Part shown: positions 1 to 12,082 of the stretch, in pieces
Position numbering within the stretch: the first letter of the stretch is position 1
How the letters are laid out: every line of letters begins with the position of its first letter
Source: Leptogorgia sarmentosa
Lineage: Eukaryota
Direction: 5' to 3'
Assembly (NCBI GenBank): GCA_964658305.1
Contig: OZ210884.1
Span: 6,758,001 to 6,822,000, forward strand
DNA: 64,000 nt
The notes under the pieces: generated by a model
Told to the model about the DNA's origin: nothing
The model's input: the letters and a program-made list of their open reading frames with translations, nothing else
Database searches by the model: none
Position numbers and translations under genes: made by a program

Positions 1-890
1 ACGGCGAACAAAACAACAGTTCGAAAACTGTTGCGAACATTGTTTTCACAGCACTTAAATGGCTTCATTTCGCATCGAACATTTGTTGTTTATCACGACA
101 TTTACATTGTATTTCTTTATTCAATTTTTTCCTTTGTTGTATTTTTATTGTTTTGTTGTAATTGTACAGCAGTGAACGGCCAGAAACCGCCATTCAGTAT
201 GCGAGTGTATACGGCTGAACGTTTCAGCAGCGAAAGTGTTTTCTAGTTCTTTCTACAATGTCAGAACAAATTGCGATCGAACAAAGCCATATAATAAATC
301 CCTTATTAACCTCGTTTTCTCAGTCTGTACGGGAAAGTATTGCCTTCGGTTTTTAACGCACAGACCTCGCTCCTTCGTCGCTCGGTCTGTACGAAAACCC
401 TCAGGCAATACTTTCCCGTACAGACCTCGCACTCGGTTAATAATAAGGACTTATTAACCGAGTGCGAGGTCTGTACGGGAAAGTATTGCCTGAGGTTTTT
501 CGTACAGACCGAGCGACGAAGGAGCGAGGTCTGTGCGTTAAAAACCGAAGGCAATACTTTCCCGTACAGACCGAGCAAACGAGGTTAATAAGGGATTTAT
601 TATATGGCTTTGTTCGATCGCAATTTGTTCTGACATTGTAGAAAGAACTAGAAAACACTTTCGCTGCTGAAACGTTCAGCCGTATACACTGGCATACTGA
701 ATGGCGGTTTCTGGCCGTTCACTGCTGTACAACAACAAAACAATAAAAATACAACAAAGGAAAAAATTGAATAAAAAAATATAATGTAAATGTCGTGATA
801 AACAACAAATGTTCGATGCGAAATGAAGCCAATTAAGTGCTGTGAAAACAATGTTCGTAACAGTTTTCGAACTGTTGTTTTGTTCGCCGT
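1..890. repeat. Near-perfect palindrome (arms >=443 bp, spacer TAAGGAC at 444-450); two head-to-head copies of one element, left arm runs off the window
   Basis: Bases 1-40 ACGGCGAACAAAACAACAGTTCGAAAACTG... are the reverse complement of ~851-890. ORF pairs 31..246+/648..944-, 236..457+/437..658- and 306..578-/340..588+ mirror each other. Confidence 0.95.
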
Positions 891-1161
891 TATTTTCACT
901 TTAAAACTCAGCATTTTGGATCGTGTGTTTTTCTGGGACAGCAAAATTCAATCGGGGAGTGTTCTTCAACGTCACCGTACGGCATAATAAGATTTAGTTT
1001 CCTTAAAAATTTAATTTGTATAATAGTTTCACGAGCGGGCAAGATGACTTTCCTGAGCGGGCAAGATGACTTTCCTGAGCGGGCAAGATGACTTTTTCCA
1101 GACCGCTAATCAACCAATCAGCGTGCGGCATTTATGTCAGCCATATAATAAGTCCTTATTA
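451..1161. mobile_element. Non-autonomous element with a terminal ~140-nt hairpin; possibly Crypton-type
   Basis: Module 1 (451-591) is a self-complementary hairpin, TTATTAACC...GGTTAATAA. Module 2 (597-1151) is bounded by TTATTATATGGCT/AGCCATATAATAA and contains a 22-bp repeat x3 at 1033-1095. Family assignment is inference. Confidence 0.6.
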
Positions 1162-1620
1162 AATCCTCAATTTACGTCAAACGAATTGTCTTATTTTCAA
1201 TTAAAATGATTAGGCTACATCTTGCTTAGTGTGTGCAACTTCCATGTTATAAAGCGGGTGTGTGTACATACAAACACATAAACACGTAATGTGTGTACAT
1301 TACTTCCTTCACTTCAATCTCAATTGCAACCACTTGGTGTAAATTTCCAGTGCATTCTAATTATTATGGTGGCGAAAAATAATTATCATGCTGTTTTCGT
1401 TGTTGTTAGTGCTGAAATCTATAATACATCAAAAGTATTTAGATTTGAGAGGATTCCTTGCAAGTGAATAATAATAATGTAGAAAGATGCAATTGAATAA
1501 CGCAATTGTTAGTCAAGAACGTAATTTTTCAGCTTACAAGACAAAACTCTTCAATCAGATTCAGTGGCTAAGCTGTACAATTGTTTAATTTGCTTAATTG
1601 CTTTCAACCTTTTCATTATA

Positions 1621-2209
1621 CAGGGTGTCTCAAAAAAAGGTAATCGAACTTTGGCATGCCATTGCGCGTTAATTACTGGGTGTATGTCTGTATGAACGTA
1701 ATTTTTGCATGGTCATAAAGATCAGGGTCTCGGCTGTTGAATGACATGTTTTTTTTGTCATTATGAGCAAAGCAGAACGAACATGAGAGCGATTAAAATT
1801 GACGGTCGAAATTGCAAGTATTGCATATTTTCACCTCTGTGCCTAATTAAAGCAGTGCATAACAAAAGAAAAATGCAATTCATCACGAATGTGTCATGGT
1901 AACAAAGATTTTATCAGGATTATTAATAATTATGCATAATCAGGTCGATTGTTGAAGGGAAGGTCGTCATCTTCGAGTCCCAGAGGGAGTTAATTTTGAA
2001 TAAGTTTAGCCGCAATTCTCAGGGGTGAAAATATGCGATTTCGACCAAAGATTTTTAATAGACTCATTTTACTCAAAATGCTACAAAAAACTGGTGTTCA
2101 ACCGCTAATAACTTGCTCTTTATGACCATATAAAATTACGTTCATACACACAGCAAATAGCGCTCAATGGCATGTCAATGCTGGATTACCTTTTTTTTGA
2201 GACACCCTG
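1621..2209. mobile_element. Tc1/mariner-type MITE
   Basis: TIRs CAGGGTGTCTCAAAAAAAGGTAATC...GATTACCTTTTTTTTGAGACACCCTG with TA on both sides. The paralogous arm (~8295-8320) shows the empty site with a single TA. Confidence 0.92.
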
Positions 2210-2588
2210 TATATTTCACGCTTCCGAATATAATGATATGATAATATAATGATTGATAATATAATTTACAATGACTATAATTTACTATATAACTGAATTA
2301 TAGCATAATTTTAAATCAAATCTTAGTAGCGAGAAAGGCTATTTTATATGATCGAATAATTATTTTATATTCAGTTTTCTTCCTCTGTGTAGGCAACAAA
2401 TAGCTTTAAACATCACGCCTCCTATGAAATATGACACCAAAAACACAGGATGACGTACTGATCACTTGTTTTCGACTTTTTTTCCGTTGCAAACCAACGA
2501 AGCGTTTACCAGCATTTGCATAGAGACGTTCGTTTGATTAATTGCTTTGTCTTGTCTGTTTCCTTGGTGCCGTTGCGTGCAGAAGAAC

Positions 2589-2628
2589 ATTTCCCCTCAT
2601 TTTATTTCCCCTGGCTTGTATATATAAG
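2589..2628 (+). promoter_or_regulatory. TATA box (2619-2627) with two upstream ATTTCCCC motifs for IGFBP-like gene A; mirrored at 7805-7845 for gene B
   Basis: TATATATAAG is conserved in both arms. It is followed by a candidate non-coding exon, donor AG|GTAAAT at 2740/2741 and acceptor CATAG at 3057, 30 nt before the ATG. Confidence 0.6.
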
Positions 2629-3087
2629 TTGTGTTGATCTAACTCAAGCTTAAAGGTTCGAGTCATTCACTGAAGCAAGAGGAAAAGGAAGTCAGCAGGA
2701 AAAATAAAGAGAAGTAAAGAGAAGATACAGGTTCTGTTAGGTAAATGCTCACTACGTTTGAAAATTTCTTGGTTTGTTTTCCAGTATAACAACGATTCTG
2801 AAACATTTCTTAATCTTGTCAAGATCAATGAAACCAACTGAAAACCCAAAATAAAACGCTACAGTTTAATTTGAACGCAGAGTTAACACTGTGATTTAGC
2901 TTTGAACAACCAGTCCCAGATGTATATATATATTGTCTTTATACTTCCACATTCGAGTAACTATATGGCTAGTCATGAAATTCAAAACTTCTGTGTGAAT
3001 GCTTATATATCTTCTGCCTTTTTTTTGTCTCAAAGTATTATTACATTTCGTACATAGACATCTTCAGGCTTCAGCAACCGTTGAAAT

Positions 3088-3390
3088 ATGAAGACTTTCC
3101 TCGTTATTGCTTTGGTAATTTCCGTCATTTTGCCGATGGCTCACAGTTGTGTGCCATGTACTGAAGTCAAATGTACTCCGTTATACAAACTGAATTGCAA
3201 AGGTGGTCGGGTAAAAGACGTATGTGAATGCTGTCCGGTTTGTGCCAAGGTATTAGGAGAGGAGTGTGGAGGACTACCCTGGAACTCAGCAGGCAAATGT
3301 GACAGTGGTCTGCAATGCAAAAGCCCACACGTTTTTGAAGAGGTGGGGGGAGGATTCTTCGCTCGTGGAAAGTGTTCACCAGGAAAGTAA
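3088..3390 (+). CDS. Secreted single IGFBP N-terminal (IB) domain protein, copy A
   Basis: Signal peptide [20 protein letters not shown]; 12 Cys with CxCCxxCAK...ECGG...C..GL.C pattern; single coding exon. Confidence 0.92.
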   Translation: MKTFLVIALVISVILPMAHSCVPCTEVKCTPLYKLNCKGGRVKDVCECCPVCAKVLGEECGGLPWNSAGKCDSGLQCKSPHVFEEVGGGFFARGKCSPGK

Positions 3391-3778
3391 GAGGTTCAAC
3401 TATATGAAATAATAGCTACCATGGATGTTTAGTTTATATTTGAAGGAATTTAATTGATTTAACCTCCCATATCATAAAAAAAAATTATCAGTGCACATAA
3501 TATAGCTACTAAGCTAGCTCAATCCCAATTAATTCATGTCGCACAGATGGAAGAGTTAAATAATTTTCGTGATAAATGCATACAAGATTAAATGGTAAAT
3601 AAATAGCAGCCAAATTGTTTTATTTAAAGATTTGAGTTTACTTAACTTCACACTGATTAGTTTTTCATCATTGATTTGTTTATTAATTTACTATACGAAA
3701 TTAAAACAAGCTTCCAAAAGAAGTTTCCACAACATTGCAATTGATTCTTTTCAGTAAATGAACATAATACAATACCTG

Positions 3779-3913
3779 GGGCTGGTTGTATAAAAACGTA
3801 GTTAAAGTTAACTGTAGTTAAGTGCGAAAATTGACCAATCAGAGACGCGTATTTCAAAGTTAACTACCATTTAACGGCAAAACGGATAGTTAAGAGTTTT
3901 ATACAACCGACCC
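3779..3913. mobile_element. PIF/Harbinger-type MITE
   Basis: TIRs GGGCTGGTTGTATAAAA / TTTTATACAACCGACCC with 3-bp duplication CTG. Absent from the other arm. A related fragment lies at ~44300-44370. Confidence 0.7.
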
Positions 3914-5055
3914 CTGGCATATTTCATGATTATCATAACATACAATACCTGGTATATTTCACTTCTACCACCTTTGTTGACGGATTTTTAGTCCTTATAC
4001 CGAGTTCCCCCCCCCCAAAAAAAAAACCCCCAAATGCATCGAAATACCCCATTATTTGAATATGAATGAATGCCCTGGCACTAAGCTGAACGGAAAGATG
4101 CGCGAACTTTTGAGAAGCTAAGCGATTGAAAAATAGTTTTATCGTTTGTCCATTTAGTCCACGATTTTTCTGTTCATTGGAAATATTTTCAAATGCTTCT
4201 TGTTAACATTAATTATGACAGTCATGTCAATCGTAATGCAGTCCATGCATCATGCGTTTAGCAATAACCACGTCTATAGTCCCAAAGTGACATACAGTTT
4301 TGCATTGCACTGTATGTCATTAAACACGACAGCTAGAGAATAGGTTTTTAAAATTAAATCTTTAATTAATAATTTTGCGATCTAATTTTCTTTGATTCAG
4401 TTTTTTATTTACATGTGTACCCTCTCTCTATAGAGTTTATCATGACAGAAAACCTTATCGCAAGTAATTGGCAAGTTACAGCCCAACATGACGTCCATGG
4501 ATCATTTTCTAAAATCTTCAACCAGTAATATGTTATAAAAAATTATACGTAGTGGATAGTACTTCTGTTTGTTGACGTCGACATCAGTGAATGATTTTAC
4601 TTTATTGCAACTGTGTTAAATAAATACTAGATTATTACGGTGCACTTTCGATTCAATTTATATCAGCCAATATCAGTACAATGCATAATATATCGTACAG
4701 ACTATAGCTATATATAACCAGTCAATGTAACGAATTGGTATACAAAAAATAAACTTAAAAATTAAACTTGTCGCCAGATCTTACATTTCTCCTGTGTTTC
4801 TGACGCACTTTTATTCGAGAGAGCCTTATTTTGCATTTTTGGAATCATTCCCAATCCCAGTCATGGGGCTGAACAAATAAAAATACATCCACTGGGAATA
4901 TCTGTTATTTGTACCAACCATGCAGATGATTTGCAAACAAGATAGGCGGCATCGATCAATGGTGAAGTAGTGAAGAATCCTTTTTTTGTTTAAACAACTC
5001 AGTTCCACATGAAATACTATATTTCACTTTGTTTTCAAATTTCCTTTAGTGAACA

Positions 5056-5279
5056 CAGTGGCGCCGGCAGGGGGGGGGCAAGAGGGGGGGGGCGTAACTG
5101 ACCCCCAATGTTTTCCAGATAGTAGTCTTCATTTTTATAATGAAAAAAAATGAAAGTGGATAAGCACAATTATGCTTCATGTAAGTGATCAATTATATCA
5201 AAACTTTGCTTGTCTATTGTCTATTGGGGTCATTGCCCCCCCCCCCCCCCTCCCAAAAAAAATCTTGCCGGCGCCTCTG
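5056..5279. mobile_element. hAT-type MITE
   Basis: TIRs CAGTGGCGCCGGCA / TGCCGGCGCCTCTG; 8-bp flanks AGTGAACA and AGTAAACA (1 mismatch). Confidence 0.8.
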
Positions 5280-7152
5280 AGTAAACATATGATTACTAAT
5301 TTCTAAATGATCCACCATAAGGAAAAAAAAAGGATATGTAAGTGATTAAAAAATGGCAAATTTCTTCCAGAATTTCAATTCGGTAGCTATAGTTCCAGGC
5401 CTCTTACTCGCCATCAAATAGGCCGGAATTCAACATTTATTAATAAAATTTATAGTTTGGATAGTTATTCGTAACATCTGTGTTGTGATCTCATCGACAT
5501 TAGTGCCATTTCCCTCCCCAGCCACCCGTTCACTAGCTCCTCCCTGGCCAATAAGGAATACTAGGTTGTATTTCTTTTTCGACAGACGGCAGTTGATACA
5601 ATCGCAATCATCACTCGCAGTGATCAAACAAGTAAATACGGTGGTACCTTTACCTATCCAGAGGTAAATTTGACTTCAAGAAATTCAATTATTCAAAACC
5701 GTCAGTGTTTGTTAATGTGACATCTTCAGCCTTTTTCTTGTCTTAAAGTCTGATTACATTTCTTACCTAGACGTCTTCAGCAACTGATCTATCAACTATC
5801 AACCGTTGAAACATTGGTTATATTTATATGGATAGTCTTTACGATATACCCACGTGGATTAATACCTAAACCTCTTACTTTGCCGGTATACATTTTCCAT
5901 GAGTGTTGAATACCCCCATATTGATCGATGCCGCCTATCTTGTTTGCAAATCATCTGCATGGTTGGTATGACCGTGATTGGCAGATATTACAAGTGGGTG
6001 TATTTTTATTTGTTCAGCCCCATGACTGGGATTGGGAATGATTGCAAAAATGCAAAAATGCTCTCTCGAATAAAAGTGTGTCAGAAACACAGGAGAAATG
6101 TAAGATCTGGCGACAAGTTTATTTTTTAAGTTTATTTTTTGTATACAAATTAGTTACATTGACTGGTTATATATAGCTATAGTCTGTACGATATTTTATT
6201 CATTGTACTGATTTACCGATAGGCTTATATCACTACGAACATAATATAAAAAGTACTATATATCCACTACGTATAACATATTACTGGTTGAAGATTTTAG
6301 AAAATGATCCATGGTACGTCATGTCAGGCTGTAACTTTCCAATTACTTGCGATAAGGTTTTCTCTGAACTCTATAGAGAGAGAGAGGGTACAAATGTAAA
6401 TAAAAATGGGATGACTGAGTCAAAGAAAATGAGATCGCAAAATTATTAATTAAAGATTTAATTTTAAAAACCTATTGTCTAGCTGTCGTGTTTAATGACA
6501 TACAATGCAATGCAAAACTGTATGTCACTTGGGGACTATAGACGTGGTTATTGCTAAACGCATGATGCATGGACTGCATTACGATTGACATGAATGTCAT
6601 AATTAATGGTAATAAGAAGCAATTTAAAATATTTCAAATGAACAGAAAAATCGTGGACTAAACGGACAAACGATAAAACTATTTTTCAATCGCTTAGCGT
6701 CTCAAAAGTTCGCGCATTTTTTTGGGGGGGGAACTCGGTATAAGAACCAAAATCCGTCAACAAAGGTGGTAGAAGTGAAATAAACCAGGTATTGTATGTT
6801 ATGATAATTTAAAAAAGAATCTAATTGCAGTGTTATGGAAGCTTCTTTTGATCGATCAATTCCTATAGCAAGTAAAGGAATAAATAAGAAAAACTAATGT
6901 GAAGTTAAAGTAAACTCAAAACTTTAATTAATAATTAGGCTGCTATTTATTTACCATTTAATTTTGTATGCATTTATCACGAAAATTATTTAATTCTTCC
7001 ATCTGTGCGACTTGAATTAATTGGGATTGAGCTAGCTTAGTTTATTATGTACACTGATAATTTTGTTTCATGATATGGGAGGTTAAATCAATTAAATTCC
7101 TTCAAATATAAACTAAATATCGATTGTGGCTATTATTTCATAAAAAAACCTC

Positions 7153-7458
7153 TTACTTTGCTGGTAAACACTTTCCATGAGCGTTAATTTCTCCCATCTC
7201 TTCAATAACCTGCTTGCTCTTTATGCATTCCAGACCACTGTCACATATGCCTACTATGTTCCACGGCCCTCCACACTCCTCTCCTATTACCTTGGCACAA
7301 GCCGGACAGCATCCACATGCGTCTTTTACCCGACCACCTTTGCATTGCAGTTTGTATAACGGAGGGCATTTGATTTCAGTGCATGGCAAACAACTGAGGG
7401 CTTCAGTCATCGCCAAAATGGCTGAAATTACCAAAGCAATAACGAGGAAAATCTTCAT
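7153..7458 (-). CDS. Secreted single IGFBP N-terminal (IB) domain protein, copy B
   Basis: Signal peptide, 12 Cys, canonical CGCCPAC motif; paralogue of 3088-3390. Confidence 0.92.
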   Translation of the reverse strand: MKIFLVIALVISAILAMTEALSCLPCTEIKCPPLYKLQCKGGRVKDACGCCPACAKVIGEECGGPWNIVGICDSGLECIKSKQVIEEMGEINAHGKCLPAK

Positions 7459-9725
7459 ATTTCAACGGTTGCTGAAGATGTCTAGGTACGAAGTGTATAA
7501 TAATACTTTGAGACAAGAAAAAGGCAGAAGATATATAAGCATTCACACAGAAGTTTTGAATTTCATGACTAGCCATATAGTTACTCGAATGTGGAAGTAT
7601 AAAGACAATATACCTATATATACATCTGGGATTGGTTTATTTTGGATTGTGAAAACAAACCAAGAAACTTTCAAACGTATAGTGAGGATTTACCTGACAG
7701 AACCTGTATCTTCACTTTACTTGCTATCTTTCCTGCTTGGCTTCCTTGTCCTCTTGCTTCAGCGAATGACTTGAACTTGAATGACTTGAGTTAGATCAAC
7801 ACAACTTATATATACAAGCCAGGGGAAATAAAATGAGGGGAAATGTTCTTCTGCACGCAGCTGCACCAAGGAAAGAGACAAGACAAAGCAATTAATCAAA
7901 CGAACGTCTCAAAATGCTGGCAAACGCTTCGTTGGTTTGCAACGGAAAAAAAGTCGAAAGTGCATGATCAGTACGTCATCCTGTGTTTTTGGCGTCATAT
8001 TTCATAGGAGGCGTGATGTTTAAGGCTATTTGATGCGTACACATAGGAAGGAAACTGAATATAAAATAATGATTCAATCATATAAAATAGCCTTTCTCCC
8101 TATTAAGATTTGGTTTAAAATTATATGCTATAATTCAGTTATAGCAAATTATAGTCATAGTAAATTATATTATCATTCATTATAATTATTATATCATATC
8201 ATATCATTATAACAGTCATAGCAAATTATTTTATCATTCTGTCTTATGTTTCGGAACAATATTAACTGTTATATTATTAAGTTATATCTCGTTCCAGCGT
8301 GAATTATATAATGAAAAGGTCTCTTTATTCCCACATTAAGCAGTGAAAGCAATTCAGCAATTGTACAGCTTGGTAACTGAATCTCATTGAAGAGTTTTGT
8401 CTTGGAAGCTGAAAAACTACGTCCTTGACTAACAAATGCATTATTCAATTGCATCTTTCTACATTATTATCATTCACTTGCAAGGAATCCTCTCAAATCT
8501 AAATACTTTTGATATATTATAGATTCCAGCACTAACAGCAACGAAAACAGCATGATAATTATTTTTCGCCACCATTAGAATGCAGAAGACACTGGAAATT
8601 TACATCAAGTGGTTGCAATTGAGATTGACGCGAAGGAAGTAACGAGTACTCGACTACACAAGTATTTTGTAAGTACTCCTTCATAACATGATATAATGAA
8701 GTACTGCGTGGGAATCGAAGTTGGACACACTAAGCATGATGCATGTAAACATTTAAATGTCTGAAAATAAGACAATTCGTTGAACGTAAACTGAGGATTT
8801 AATAATAGTTGTGCGAAAATTAATACATGAGTATACATATTAATTCAGTAATTGTTTTGTTATTTCTTTAAAAGTCAAAAGACCGTACCTGTTATTCAAT
8901 TGTCATATAGCGTGTAGAGCATTGTGTGTTGAGTGCATGCCATAACCCACGTCTTATTTACTTTATAGTTACCTTTTCATGCCCAATTATATACGGTTAT
9001 AAGTGGTGTTTAAGTTTCCCTGAGCCCGAACGACTGTGCCAATGTTTTAAGAGGAAATATTGTTATACCAGTGTATTGTTTTGAAAAAAAGACGAATCAT
9101 TAGCTAGGTGTTATTTTTGAAGGCCGAAATATAGGCATCACGAGTCACGCGATTTTTAAACTGTCGCCGGCAATAAAACAAATGTAAAATACGAGGATTT
9201 GACAGTAACAGAAATTATTGCTTTTCTAATGAAAACAACAAACAAGGGTTTCTTCCATTCATGAAAAAGAAATTACCGTTTGTTGCACTGCAGTTACTAG
9301 AGAGCTTTAGATTTGACAACGAGGACGACTACGACTACGAAATTCGCCATTTGCGCGCTAATTGCGTCATATTTTGCTGTCGTGACTTCGTACTGCGCAA
9401 AGAAGTCGTAGCCGTCGTAGTATCTATAAAACAACTACCAAATAGTTTTCTCGTGCAGAAATGAGCCATCCATGCGCGCGGGATGTGACGAAACCCAAGC
9501 CATTGATGAGTTCATTTGGTATTCCTTTATTTGGTAGTATAATGATAACACAAAATAACTCTTCATACGAATTTACGTGCGTGAAGTAAATATAAATGTA
9601 TATATACACGACGTGCTTATCCGAGGTAGAAGCCCAACACAGAGGGAAATCATGGGGTTACACTCACTCAACATCCACCATAATATAATTGTTTATGCAT
9701 TTCCCCACACTGAACAATTTCGTAG

Positions 9726-10137
9726 GCTTTCCAGTCAAAACGTCCCCACGGGCCACGTCCAAAACGTCCCCGAGTCAAAATTTATTTAATAATCCTCACC
9801 CAATGCCTAATCTGACCCTAACCTGTTTTTCAAATATTTTTTAAAATATTCTTTCTCTAAATTGGTTGTTTATTGATTAAAAGCGGACGTTTTCACCAGG
9901 GCAAATGGGGACGTTTTGACCAGGGCGAATGGGGACGTTTTCACCAGGGCAAATGGGGACGTTTTCACCAGGGCAAATGGGGACGTTTTCACCAGGGCAA
10001 ATGGGGACGTTTTGACCAGGGCGAATGGGGACGTTTTGACCAGGGCGAATGGGGACGTTTTGACCTGTACATGCGGGGACATTTTGACCAGTGTAAGTGG
10101 GGACGTTTTGACCATGGGGACGTTTTAACCGGTCACC
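9726..10137. mobile_element. TIR element with internal 24-bp tandem array
   Basis: Ends carry AAAACGTCCCC / GGGGACGTTTT in inverted orientation; 8-bp direct repeat TTTCGTAG at 9718-9725 and 10138-10145; ~10 units of GGGGACGTTTT(G/C)ACCAGGGC(G/A)AAT at 9884-10128. Confidence 0.8.
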
Positions 10138-12082
10138 TTTCGTAGATATAATGGCTAAGTATATATATTGATTATGGGAAGGGAGAAAGACGAAGTACCC
10201 GAAGAAAAATCGTGGCTCGAAGCGCACCAGAGGTTAACCACGACAAGGCTCAGCTTTTTTCAGTGGTGAGAGGAAATGAACTTGCCCTACGTACCACTTG
10301 ACACGCATCTTACTGATTTCGTCAGATACGTCAAGCATGAAAGAGGCGTGATATAGCTAATATGGTGCGCAAAGAAAGCTTTTAAAACCTTTGTCCAATT
10401 AACATCTGCGGTCAAAATGGGTACTTACCGTAAGAGTACTTGACCGTTAAGTGTAAGGCGTGGGATATGGCATGCATGCACTCAACTCCCATGCATGTAC
10501 AATATATTTTAACAACACAGGTTTGGATGTCTTTTGAATCTTTGAAATAAATTTGTGGATTCGTTTTGATATAGTAGGTTACATCAGCTCACGTTATTAA
10601 GTTAGGTGTACAAATTGACAGATTTGATTGTCGGCATTTTTGTCCTGATGTGACCATGCATAATGGATAACAAAATTAGCAAACAGCCAAAATTCTATAT
10701 TCACTACATAAACGATATTTAATTTCCGACGAAGGGCCTGTAGTCGAAACTCTTTGTCGAAATTTTTTGTATTGTTTAGATAGTGAGCAGAACGTTTGTG
10801 TCCCGTATGTTAATTCGCGGAGATGATTGAGCTATATTTTGATTAACCTTTAATCTGTTATCCGCGTCGACACGATAATCTGGTATAACTGAGTTCATTA
10901 TTTGGTTTTTATTACTTCATAATTAGCAAATGATTATTTACATTTTGATAAAATTAACATCAGAAACTATACTTTTGCCTCAATTTCCATATTAACAATC
11001 CAAAACATAATCTCTATAATCCTGACCCTAAAACCCTATAGCTAACCCGGCCTATTGCCTACCATATAAGAGATTATTCTTCTAGGACAAATTCAAGTTA
11101 TATATGGATAGTGACCCCTGTTATCGTTAAAGCTTTACGATACTTTCAACAACTAACAACTATAAGGCCAAGGGCCTCCTGTTCATCAATATTCATACAT
11201 GAGCAAAAGTTATCTCCGTTGGCGAGAAAACATTACGTATGAGGCTATGAGCAGCCAAATAATTTCGTTCTGTTCGAATGAAGAAAAGTTGTCTCGTCAT
11301 GAAACTTTTTCGTCTCATATGAACGCCAATGTAAGTTGCAAAATGTTTTTTCGCTAACTGGATATTAACTTTTTCTCTTTTAACAATATATTCAATATTA
11401 ACATATGTGAATAAACGCCTCCACAAAATTGCGGAGGTTTTTAGTAAGTGGCACTAACGAATACTCTAAATCCCATTTGGCGCGAATGATTAATATAATA
11501 TCGTTATATTATAAGGAAATGAGTCAGTGAAATGCTGGAATATACGCCACTTATATAATATCCCATATTTTCACTACTCGAACATGGAAAAAATGTTTAA
11601 TTTGTGTGTTTCCCTAACGGGCGGAGGGATATTACATTTAGCTGTTGTGGCGAGCTACATATACAAAACATTTGTAGTGTCTCCTCAATTTTTACCTAAA
11701 AAAGAACTACATTTCACGTAGCCTTCTCCCCAGTTATTTCTAAGGGTTTTATTATAGGGATTTCAAAAGTTAGCCCGAAGATTTTAGGGTGATAAAATCC
11801 CTAATAAAAACCCTTAGAGATGCCTGCGGGGAAGGCCGTGCCGCCGTTTAATGTCCTCTATCCTAATTGACCTGATTATAAGTAAAAGCCTGGAACTAGT
11901 TGTCGAATAGAAATTTATTTTGCCGTTTCTAATCACTCATATCTTGTGAATAAAATTATAATTATAAGTCCAGCAGAAATTTGGAAACGGGGTAAACTAC
12001 ATTTCATGAGAAATCTAGCGGTTTGGTTAGAAAAAAATTGACAACTAGTGCCAGTACTTTTCCGTGTTTCAGATCACTTGGT

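Larger units (their letters stand above)
1156..8805. repeat. Large inverted segmental duplication: arms ~1156-4960 and ~5920-8805, spacer ~960 bp
   Basis: Collinear reverse-complement matches throughout, e.g. 1156-1200 vs 8762-8805, 2400-2790 vs 7650-8030, 4100-4960 vs 5920-6720. Each arm carries one IGFBP-like gene. Confidence 0.95.

Noticed and set aside
31..944. Mirror-image ORF pairs
   Set aside because: Products of the palindrome with no recognisable protein features.
7214..7774. 186-aa plus-strand ORF
   Set aside because: Antisense shadow of IGFBP-like copy B; not preserved at this length in the other arm.
9870..10227. Repetitive ORFs on both strands
   Set aside because: They arise from a stop-free 24-bp array inside a TIR element.
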